Positions 1 through 8,600 of a stretch of 29,411 nucleotides of DNA are shown here, in pieces. A program made the translations under genes and the position numbers. The notes under the pieces were generated by a model, which was given only the letters and a program-made list of their open reading frames with translations, was not told where the DNA came from and made no database searches. The DNA is from Candidatus Thorarchaeota archaeon (GTDB lineage: Archaea > Asgardarchaeota > Thorarchaeia > Thorarchaeales > Thorarchaeaceae). Numbering within the stretch: position 1 is the stretch's first letter; each line of letters opens with the position of its first letter. The DNA lies in assembly GCA_003345595.1 (NCBI GenBank), contig PRDI01000072.1, positions 1 to 29,411 on the forward strand, read 5' to 3'.

Positions 1-2047
1 GCATCTCTGGTGGTAGCACGTCCGCGTTTTCGAGCATCCTCTTCCTTGCCTCTGGCGGCATGATCTTCACCGTCTGCATCATCGCCTCGGGATTTGGGTA
101 ACCTTCACCGCCCATGCCCATCGTTGGGTCAATCCCGCTCACTGTCTGCACGGACCCCATCTCGGGTGACGCGGGCTCGATGATTTCGGCACCCGACTTC
201 AAGACTTCCTCACTGGCAGTCTTCACGATCTCATCTGTTATCTCTTCGATACCTTGGTGAGCATAGTATGTGTCGTAGAGCGCCTTGAATGTCCCATTCA
301 GTGCCAGAAGCTCATCTTGAGTCCCCTCCTCTATCAGCTTGCCGTGATCGAAGACGAGAATCCTCGAAGCATCTGCTATTGTCGTCAGACGATGAGCAAT
401 CACGACTGTGGTCCTATTCGCAAACAGCCGGGCTTGGGCATCCTGGACCAGCGATTCACTGTATGCGTCCAGCCTGCTGGTGGCCTCGTCCAAGATCAGT
501 ATACGAGGGTCTGCAAGCATTGTGCGCGCGATGGTGATCATCTGCCGCTGTCCTGCGCTCAGGTTCTTTCCTCCCTCGATGACCTTGGTTTCATAGCCAT
601 TCCCAAGGACCTCGATGAACTCATTCGCACCGAGAAGACTGCAGAGTCCGATGATTTCGTCATCCGTGGCGCCAGGTCGTCCGTATCTTATGTTCTCCAT
701 GATTGTGTCATCGAAAAGGTAGGGTTCCTGAGATACCAGAGACACCGTATCATGAAGAGACTCGAGCGTCACGTTTCGCAGGTCTTGCTTGCCAATCAGG
801 ATTCGCCCAGAATCGGGGTCATAGAACCTGTCTACAAGTCCGGCGAGAGTCGTTTTCCCTGCGCCTGTGTGTCCGACTACAGCCACCAATTCCCCAGGCG
901 CTATGGAGAAGCTCACGTTCTTGAGAACAGGTGTTCCCTGAACATATGAGAATGTTACGTCATCGAAGGAGATCCCGTCGCTATCTTCAGCCAGTGGCAT
1001 GGCCCCAGGCTTGTCTGTGATAGCGGCCTTTGACTCCAGCACGTCAGAAACACGGTCCATTGCAGCCAGTGATTGTTGTACCGCCGTGGCATTCATCACG
1101 AGCGCGAGAAGGGGCCACATGAACCTCCCAATGAGCAAGATCCCCAAAAAGACCTCTCCAATAGACAAGAGAGGCAATGTCTGGACAACCAATGTTCCTG
1201 CCACGAAGAGTATGGCTGCGATTGCGAACTGACCTATTGCAGTCACCAACGGCTGCATCGCACTCATGAGCATCATGAACTTGAACCCCTGGCCATATGC
1301 CCGCTGGTTGAGTTCGGACATTCCTGCCGCCAACTCCCTCTCTCGGTTGAAGGCCTTCGCTATGTGAATCCCTGACAAATCCTCCGCTATCTGACCAGAA
1401 ACATGCCCATAGGCTCTCTGGGATGCTAACATAATCCTCTGACCAACAGTCCCAAAGAGTACCGCGATCAACAGCACGCCAGGTATGACGACGAGTGAAG
1501 TGAGCGCCAATTCGGGTGACGCAAACCAAAGTATGAGGAAAGAGGACACCAGCATCAGTATCTGACCTCCAAAATCGATTAAGACTTGGATCCCTATTGA
1601 GAGTGAGTCAGTATCTGATGTGACTCTTGACGTGATATTCCCGCTCTGTTCGGACTTGTGGTATGACAGATCCGCTCTAACAAGATGGTTGTAGACATCA
1701 TCCTGAACATTGCGAACAAGACCCGCCTGCGCACTGCTCAGTATCCACGTGTAGACACCGCCAAAGACCCATGCAGCGATCCGCATAATGAGATACAGGA
1801 CAACAAGGAATAGGATGGAAGAGAAACTTGCCGATACTGAAAGTACTTCATCGATACCCGAAGTGAGCACAAGTGGATTGAAGACGGTTATGATCGTGGA
1901 TATGAGAGAGAACACAGCGCCAATGGCAACACTTCGCTTGAACGCTCCGAGATAGTGAATCATACGGCCAAGTAGCAGTCTTGTGGGCCGACTGCGTTTC
2001 TCACGAACCCCGGCTAAGGCTCTGGGGCCTCCAGGACCATGCATCAT
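1..2047 (-). CDS. ABC exporter subunit (TMD+NBD), partial at the 3' end (runs off the window); consensus Walker B/H-switch subunit of a heterodimer
   Basis: Not in the ORF track because no stop codon lies in the window. Manual translation from ATG 2047 (ATGA overlap with the stop of 2044..3960) gives MMHGPGGPRALAGVREKRSRPTRLLLGRMIHYLGAFK..., hydrophobic helices, Walker A GHTGAGKTT, Q-loop SQEPYLF, signature LSAGQ, Walker B ILILDEATS and H-switch AHRL. The C-terminal part is open to position 2 (at least 682 codons in frame with the start). Confidence 0.93.
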   Translation of the reverse strand, partial: MMHGPGGPRALAGVREKRSRPTRLLLGRMIHYLGAFKRSVAIGAVFSLISTIITVFNPLVLTSGIDEVLSVSASFSSILFLVVLYLIMRIAAWVFGGVYTWILSSAQAGLVRNVQDDVYNHLVRADLSYHKSEQSGNITSRVTSDTDSLSIGIQVLIDFGGQILMLVSSFLILWFASPELALTSLVVIPGVLLIAVLFGTVGQRIMLASQRAYGHVSGQIAEDLSGIHIAKAFNRERELAAGMSELNQRAYGQGFKFMMLMSAMQPLVTAIGQFAIAAILFVAGTLVVQTLPLLSIGEVFLGILLIGRFMWPLLALVMNATAVQQSLAAMDRVSDVLESKAAITDKPGAMPLAEDSDGISFDDVTFSYVQGTPVLKNVSFSIAPGELVAVVGHTGAGKTTLAGLVDRFYDPDSGRILIGKQDLRNVTLESLHDTVSLVSQEPYLFDDTIMENIRYGRPGATDDEIIGLCSLLGANEFIEVLGNGYETKVIEGGKNLSAGQRQMITIARTMLADPRILILDEATSRLDAYSESLVQDAQARLFANRTTVVIAHRLTTIADASRILVFDHGKLIEEGTQDELLALNGTFKALYDTYYAHQGIEEITDEIVKTASEEVLKSGAEIIEPASPEMGSVQTVSGIDPTMGMGGEGYPNPEAMMQTVKIMPPEARKRMLENADVLPPEM

Positions 2048-3960
2048 TGCGGCTCACCTCTTGACCGCACGGCCATCTCCAAAAGCTCCTTCGCTCCAGG
2101 AAGGCGCTCAAATATGCGCCTGTAGGCTTCCGACTCTCTCAACAGATCCTCATGGGAGCCGGCCGCCACTATGCGGCCCTTGTCGACTATTATCACCATA
2201 TCCGACTCAATCAGGGTTCTGAGCCGCTGAGTCACTGTTATGCTCGTGCGTCCCCTCATGACCTCATCGAGAGCTTTCCTCATGAGAAACTCTGTCTGAG
2301 CATCAACCGCACTGACAGAGTCATCCAGCAGTAGTATCTTTGGATCCTGGATTATTGCTCTCGCAATTGCCAGACGCTGCCGCTGTCCGCCGCTCAGTGT
2401 CATGCCTCGTTCGCCAATCATTGTATCGTAGCCCTGCGGAAGCCCAACAACAAACTCGTGCGCTTGGGCTCTCTTCGCTGCCTCTTCGACCTCTTCCCTG
2501 GAGGCGAGTGGTTTCCCGAATGCAATGTTGTCGTGGACTGTCTTCCTGAACAGAAAGATGTCTTGTTCCACCAGACCTACGTTACTGCGCACGTTCCTGG
2601 TGGACACATCTCGAAGGTCCACGCCGCCGACACGGACTGCTCCATCTGTTGGGTCATAGAGCCTGAGCAGCAGCTTCAGGATTGTGCTCTTTCCACCCCC
2701 AGGTCCGCCAACTAGGGCTACCCTGGAACCTCCAGGTATCCGGATGGTGAAGTTTCGAAGTGCATAGTGATTGTTGTTTCCGTTGTTCGAAACGTACTTG
2801 AAACTGACATTGTCGAACTCGACGTCGCCAAGCCAGTTCACTTGAGTGACCTCTTCTGCCGGTTCTACCATCGGATCATTCCAAGTGAGAGTGTCGACAA
2901 TCCTCTTTGCGTTGACGTACCCTCCACGCAGCATGAGCAACATTCGAGGCAGTTGGAAGTTGAGACCTTCTAGGGAAACCAGCAGCCCGAGCACGACCAC
3001 GAGCGTTCCCTGACTCAGGACGCCGATCCACACCTCGTAGCTTCCATAGAAGAACGCCAATGTCGTCATGGCCGAGAGCACGAGTGCAGGAATGTAGAAG
3101 GATGCAAGACGTCCTTCCTTCGTGACGATTCTCTCGTAGTCCTTAGTCACCTTACCAAACCTGGAGATCTCTCTCTGTTCTGCGCCGAAAGACCTCACGA
3201 GCTCTATCCCTCTGAAGACTCCCTGTGAAAGTGAGGTGAGGTTCTCCATATCCTCAGAACGTTCACGTCGGACAGGCTCGACAGCGTTGGCATACCTGTA
3301 TGCAAACACAAGATATGCCGGAGTTCCAATCAAGACTATCGCTGTGAACACTCCAATTGGCACGTTGACATAAGGTATTGTGAAAAGCACAAGCAGGCCA
3401 GTCGTCTGGTCTATCATCGCAAGCAGGACTCCTGTTATCAGGAACGACGCGAGTCCACCGATGATGTTCCTCAATGCGGGATTGAGTGACATTCTCACCC
3501 AGTTGATGTCCTGCATGGCGACCGAAAGAAGTCGTTTGCTGTCGACCTGATCGTGGAACGTCATGCTGTAGTTCTGCATTGCCTCGAAGAACTGCTGTCT
3601 GGAATCACGCTCCCATTGAAGAGTCACAATCGCCCAGACGTATCCAACTACGAAGTAGAGACCCATGTAGATTGCAGCCAATGCGGCTATGAGTCCCACA
3701 TAGTACATGAAAGTGGCACTGAGTACGTGCGATGACTGATCGATGGTCAACTGGTTAACGGCCGAACCCACGATTACTGAAGGAAGTATCGTGAGCACCG
3801 TGGACACAACTGTCAGTAGTGTGGCGAACCCGATTGAAAGCGGGTGTTTGATTAGGCCGCCCAGCATGTATCTTGCCGGACTCGTGTGCTTCAGCAACGG
3901 AGGGCTCTGGACAATCTGACCGCTACCCTGCTCAATCACTGCTGTTCTCTGATCCGTCAC
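2044..3960 (-). CDS. ABC exporter subunit (TMD+NBD), degenerate-site subunit of a heterodimer
   Basis: N-terminal TM helices, Walker A GGPGGGKST, EQDIFLF, LSGGQRQR, Walker B LLLDDS (E->D) and switch TQRL (H->Q). The GTG start is preceded by GGAGTGA. Confidence 0.95.
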   Translation of the reverse strand: MTDQRTAVIEQGSGQIVQSPPLLKHTSPARYMLGGLIKHPLSIGFATLLTVVSTVLTILPSVIVGSAVNQLTIDQSSHVLSATFMYYVGLIAALAAIYMGLYFVVGYVWAIVTLQWERDSRQQFFEAMQNYSMTFHDQVDSKRLLSVAMQDINWVRMSLNPALRNIIGGLASFLITGVLLAMIDQTTGLLVLFTIPYVNVPIGVFTAIVLIGTPAYLVFAYRYANAVEPVRRERSEDMENLTSLSQGVFRGIELVRSFGAEQREISRFGKVTKDYERIVTKEGRLASFYIPALVLSAMTTLAFFYGSYEVWIGVLSQGTLVVVLGLLVSLEGLNFQLPRMLLMLRGGYVNAKRIVDTLTWNDPMVEPAEEVTQVNWLGDVEFDNVSFKYVSNNGNNNHYALRNFTIRIPGGSRVALVGGPGGGKSTILKLLLRLYDPTDGAVRVGGVDLRDVSTRNVRSNVGLVEQDIFLFRKTVHDNIAFGKPLASREEVEEAAKRAQAHEFVVGLPQGYDTMIGERGMTLSGGQRQRLAIARAIIQDPKILLLDDSVSAVDAQTEFLMRKALDEVMRGRTSITVTQRLRTLIESDMVIIVDKGRIVAAGSHEDLLRESEAYRRIFERLPGAKELLEMAVRSRGEPQ

Positions 3961-4504
3961 TGCTTTTCACTCCGTTCTCCATAGTGTCTGCGAGTTGCTC
4001 CAGTTTCTCGATCGCCTTCCCGATTCTGGCTGCGAGCTTCCGACGCTGAAACTGTGTCAGCTCCGACATATCGGACGCTAGAGCCTCCGCGGCAATAGAA
4101 ACCGCGTTCATGTGGAAGTAGGCTCTGTCATTTGGATCCAATAGCTGGAGCCACAGCAGGCGATGGAGCCGCGTTCTGTCGTCCATCTGATTCTTGTGCC
4201 TGAAGACTTCTCTGAAACGTTCCTGTCCCTTACCTGACAGCCGATATGTGCTGATTCGTCCGCCTGCGCCGACAGCTTCAATCAGTCCTTCATGCCTCAT
4301 GGTGGCAAGCATTGGATAGATAGAGCCAGGACTTGGGCGCCACTTACCCTGACTGCGATTCTCCAGAACATCCATTATGTCTGTGCCAGACATCTCTTTC
4401 GACTGCAGCAGCCTTGCGATTACGAGTCTGAGGAACCCCCTCGGTACCGACTGCAGACCTCTCAGGTCTTCGCTTGTATTCTTGCTAGGCGCACCCAAGT
4501 TCAT
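3932..4504 (-). CDS. PadR-family winged-helix transcriptional regulator
   Basis: PRGFLRLVIARLL...MSGTDIM...WRPSPGSIYPML...EGLI...YRLSGKG is the PadR wHTH pattern. It overlaps the downstream ABC gene by 29 bp. Confidence 0.9.
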   Translation of the reverse strand: MNLGAPSKNTSEDLRGLQSVPRGFLRLVIARLLQSKEMSGTDIMDVLENRSQGKWRPSPGSIYPMLATMRHEGLIEAVGAGGRISTYRLSGKGQERFREVFRHKNQMDDRTRLHRLLWLQLLDPNDRAYFHMNAVSIAAEALASDMSELTQFQRRKLAARIGKAIEKLEQLADTMENGVKSSDGSENSSD

Positions 4505-4532
4505 GTCACCAGCTCAGGATGGCGAAGGACTC

Positions 4533-4552
4533 CAATATCGGATACGATATTG
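4533..4552. promoter_or_regulatory. Palindromic operator 1 (probable PadR site)
   Basis: Perfect inverted repeat CAATATCG-gata-CGATATTG, about 30 bp upstream of the padR start. Confidence 0.7.
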
Positions 4553-4567
4553 CGACGCGGCGGCTCT

Positions 4568-4585
4568 TATCGGATGCGATATAAA
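4568..4585 (-). promoter_or_regulatory. Palindromic operator 2 overlapping the candidate TATA box of the padR-ABC operon
   Basis: TATCG-gatg-CGATA (4568-4581) has the same core as operator 1, 32 bp away. Minus-strand TTTATA at 4585-4580 overlaps it. Confidence 0.62.
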
Positions 4586-4620
4586 GATGGCGATTGGGCC
4601 ATAATAGATTGAGCTGTCAC

Positions 4621-5364
4621 CTAGTTCGAAGGACACTGTAATGGGAACTCAGTCACATCTTTGACCAAAGGAAATGCGACGTTCAGTACAGTCGTATGAT
4701 CGATCACGATCTTGGTCTGCGCCGCGTTGTGAACATGCCCGTGCACAATAACGTCCGGCCGGGCAAGTTCCATTATCTTGGATACCCACCATGAGAATGC
4801 ATTCGAGTGATTCTCACGCGCCCCTTGGACTAGAGGACTATAATGGACCAAGAGAATCGTGTGTGTAGAGGTATTAGCAGCCTCGGCGAGCAACTTTGAC
4901 AACCGTTCTGCACGTTTCTCAAGAGACTTTCGAATCGAGGACGTTCTGCCAACTTGTGAAACCACACGGTCCGGTACCACTGGCGAAGCTCCCACTATGA
5001 CTACTTTGGCTTCGCCTATGTCAACCCTGAACGTCGTATCCTCAAGGAACTTGATTCTGTGTCCAACAAGACGTACTACTTCTTCTCTAACGTCCCGATT
5101 CTCCTCATTACCAAAGCATGCGACAATCGGGGTGTCATCACCGAAACGAGAGTTGACGGCATCGGCGACCTTCTTATACTCGTGAACACTGCCAGACTCG
5201 ATCATGTCACCTGCTAGCAAGAACACGTCTGGCCTGCGGCATGTCGATATGGATGTTCGGAATTCATCGAGGTATCTAGGACTGTGAACGTCAGAAACTG
5301 CTGCCACATACAGTGCCTTGTTTCTGCTATCTCCTTGCACAATCATCGAAACGCATGAATGCAT
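4621..5364 (-). CDS. Calcineurin-like metallophosphoesterase
   Basis: Motifs SDVH, AGD, GNEE, VHY and HGHVH occur in canonical order. The start may be the ATG at 5346. Confidence 0.85.
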   Translation of the reverse strand: MHSCVSMIVQGDSRNKALYVAAVSDVHSPRYLDEFRTSISTCRRPDVFLLAGDMIESGSVHEYKKVADAVNSRFGDDTPIVACFGNEENRDVREEVVRLVGHRIKFLEDTTFRVDIGEAKVVIVGASPVVPDRVVSQVGRTSSIRKSLEKRAERLSKLLAEAANTSTHTILLVHYSPLVQGARENHSNAFSWWVSKIMELARPDVIVHGHVHNAAQTKIVIDHTTVLNVAFPLVKDVTEFPLQCPSN

Positions 5365-5553
5365 ATCGTGCTTTTGATGTTGACCAAGGCGAGAAGGCTA
5401 CCACACGTACCATTTCATACCTCGCCGGGTAAGGGCCTCAAGCGACCCATTGGGGCGGGATATAAGTCAAATCGACCTATTACCATTCAGTTCCTTGAAC
5501 TAGCGATTAATCGGTACACCAGACCGTAATTGGCAGGGTGTCCAGCGAGCATC

Positions 5554-5562
5554 TTTTTAATA
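5554..5562 (+). promoter_or_regulatory. Candidate TATA box for the giant-protein operon
   Basis: TTTTTAATA about 105 bp upstream of ATG 5667, in a GC-rich context. An AGGAG SD lies at 5654-5658. Confidence 0.45.
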
Positions 5563-5666
5563 CGTAGTTCTCCGGCTTGCTACCCGGACGACACCGGCTG
5601 GTCGGGTGACTGTGGTCCGTTCCGGACGGCCCCGCCCGCCCAGCAAGAATAACAGGAGCCCTATCC

Positions 5667-8600
5667 ATGAGAACCAAGCGAGTAGCGATACTACTGTTCT
5701 TGATGATGTCACTGACATTCGGCGGTATGTTTGCCACTCCGGCGCTGCCCGCTGAACAACAGACTCAGTCCGACACACAAGTAGTTGATCTTGGGGACGG
5801 GACAACTGTTGAAGTTGCACCTGATGAGATGCTTTATGAGTATGTCATATCCGCAGCACCCTCGGAGAAGTCCGGAACCGGCACAGCGCTGACAGTCTCT
5901 GAGTATGGCATTCGCACGGACACATTCTCTGACCGTACGATGACGTATGCGTCTGCAACTCAGACAACAACAACTGCCAACCTCTCTGTTCCTCTGGGCG
6001 ATCAGTGGCAGGGGTACAAGGTCTTCGGAAACGTGACGGACATTACAGAGAATCGCACTTGGGTTCTGAACTCAGGCTTCGGCACTGCGGCAAACTGGAC
6101 CTACAGAACTTCTCAAGTCGAGGGTTCGTTTTCGGGAAATGACAGGGTGCAGGTTTTCTCTTCCGCTGGAAGCTATCAGAGGAAGTGGGGCTCGCGTGGC
6201 ACTGGCAACGGCTTGCTAATCGATCCTTGGGGGATCGCCATCAACTCGACTGGATACGTCTACATAGCTGACACGTATAACAACCGCATTCAGATATTCA
6301 CGCGGACTGGTAGCTACGTGGCTCAGTGGGGAAGCTACGGTACTGGTCCGGGTCAGTTCGATCGTCCGATGGGTATCGCCATAAACACGACGGGATACGT
6401 GTACGTGGCGGATTTTGGAAACGACAGAGTGCAGGTGTTCAATAGCCGAGGTTTCTATCAGAGAAGCTGGGGTTCGACCGGGGACACACCTACGAATGGT
6501 GTTTTCCACGGGCCAGTGGGCGTGGCCATTCTAGATTCCAATGGTCGTGTCTATGTAGTTGATTCAGGCAACTCAAGGGTCCAGTACTTCGGATCTACCG
6601 GCACGTACGTAGGCCAATGGGCTGTTAGTGGTCTGCCGAGAGGAATTTCCATCTATCAGGCAAGCTCGTGGGTTTACGTTTCTGAAACAAGCAACAACCG
6701 AGTCCGGAGATTCGACGCTAATGGTCTCAATCCACTCACATTTCCAACTATTCTAAGTCCCGATGGAATAGCAGTTAGCTCAACCGGGTACGTGTATGTC
6801 AACAACGCGGGTAGCTCTCCGGGAACTCATCGAGTCACCCGCTACAATACCGGGGGTGGAGCTGCCTTCAATTGGGGATCGGATGGGACTGCCGACGGTC
6901 AGTTCAGAATCAACACGGGGATAGCCGTCAACGCCACTGGCTACGTGTACACCACGGAAAGTGGAGGAGAAGGCCGGCTAGCGAGCAAGTGGCTCTCCAC
7001 GGGTCACGGCACTGGAAATGGCGCTCCATCCTTCCTCATCGATGGATACTGGCATGATGCGGGCAGTGGCCTCTACGGCTACTGGTACAACCCAGGTGAC
7101 AAAGCGTTCATCCGGCAGGACTTGGCAATCCCCAGAGGTCAAGTCACGTGGCTGGGAATCTCGCTCGACTACTATGCAGACTGCCGAGGCTGGGCCAACT
7201 ACATGACGGGTTTCTTCGAGCTGTTCGTTTCTGCGGGAGACCCTGACTCCGGAGGAAGATTCCTCTGGAACCGACAGTTCGACAAAATCGCAGATGACAA
7301 CATCTGGTACTCTACCGGAATCATCCCGATTAGTCCGAGCCTATTGACCCTACCCAACGTCGCTCTGATGGCAGGACTGAGGGTAACACAGAGTGAATGG
7401 TACAGAACGAACGATATAATGCCCGAGGGCAGACTGGACAACATTATCCTCTACGTGAAGGCCAAGGCGACACCGACCAACATCAACTTGAGAATGGACG
7501 GGGTTGTCGTGAGCAACCTGATGAATGGATCTAATCCATTCTTCGGACTGGGGGTTGCCACATACTCACCCTCGGTTCCTTGGACCAGCGGATTTGCCTA
7601 CGGTAACTTTTCTTGGACGCCTACTCCGAACCCACCTGATCCAGACCTAAACATCTTGGTTGAGATCGATGTCAGGGTCACAGTATGGGCCCGGAGGTAC
7701 AATGTTCTCACTATCAACGACACGGAGAGATTCACAACCGGCGACAACTACGCGGTTCAGAATGCGACCACGGTGCGTTGGACGACAAACCATTACGTTG
7801 CGGTGCCGGGAGGATATTCGACATACTACTTCTATAACCTGTCGACACCAATCAACAGGGACATTGACTTCGTGGCGGAGCCATACCATCGTGACGTGAA
7901 CTTGACCTACGGTTGGTCCTACGGTAGACCAGGCGATGGAAGGGTCAACGTATCAGTATATAGTGTGACCACGGTGAACCAGAATGGATTCTGGCTGCTG
8001 AAAGGTTCCTCTCCAAATACGATCAGAAACCTCGAGGTGTGGAACGCTGGGGCATCGGCTTGGACCAGTACAAAGACTTTCAGAGCCAACGAGAACACTC
8101 GATTCAGAGCCAATCTATCTGACACATACGCCGGAGACACCGTATACTTCACGGTTTATGACCCAGCAGGTAATGCGTGGAGAAGTCTTCAGGCAATCGT
8201 AGATGGCTCCGGGATGGCCGTCACCGGATATGTCAGCTTTGGAGCAGCGAACTCCAGTGTCGGCGCCTGGGAAGTGCAGGCTTTCTCCGTGGATTCCACT
8301 TCGAGTGGCGGCAGTGTGAGAAATGTCGGCTACTACCGAAGAGCCTTCGCCATCAATCATTCCACAAGCGCCTTAGTGAAGTATCCTGAGGGGTCAGAAA
8401 TCACTTGGACGTACAATGCGACATTCGGCGAGCTCGTCTTCCTTCAACTCCGAGTCAATGATACTGATAATGGCGATCTCTTGCCCGGAGGTTCGATGAC
8501 GTACCTATGGGCTGCAGGCACTGGCCAAGTCAATGACATGGGGACAGGAGAGTACAGCGTTTCGCTGGACACTGGGGCGCTCTCATCGAATGGGCAGTTT

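Noticed and set aside
254-949. 231-aa plus-strand ORF
   Set aside because: Antisense shadow of the ABC NBD encoded on the minus strand.
1044-1529. 161-aa minus-strand ORF and other short ORFs in 289-2222
   Set aside because: Out of frame or antisense within the ABC gene 1..2047; no motifs.
6135-6974. Insertion considered as an intein
   Set aside because: No intein terminal residues (C/S start, HN end) or Hint motifs; it consists wholly of NHL repeats.
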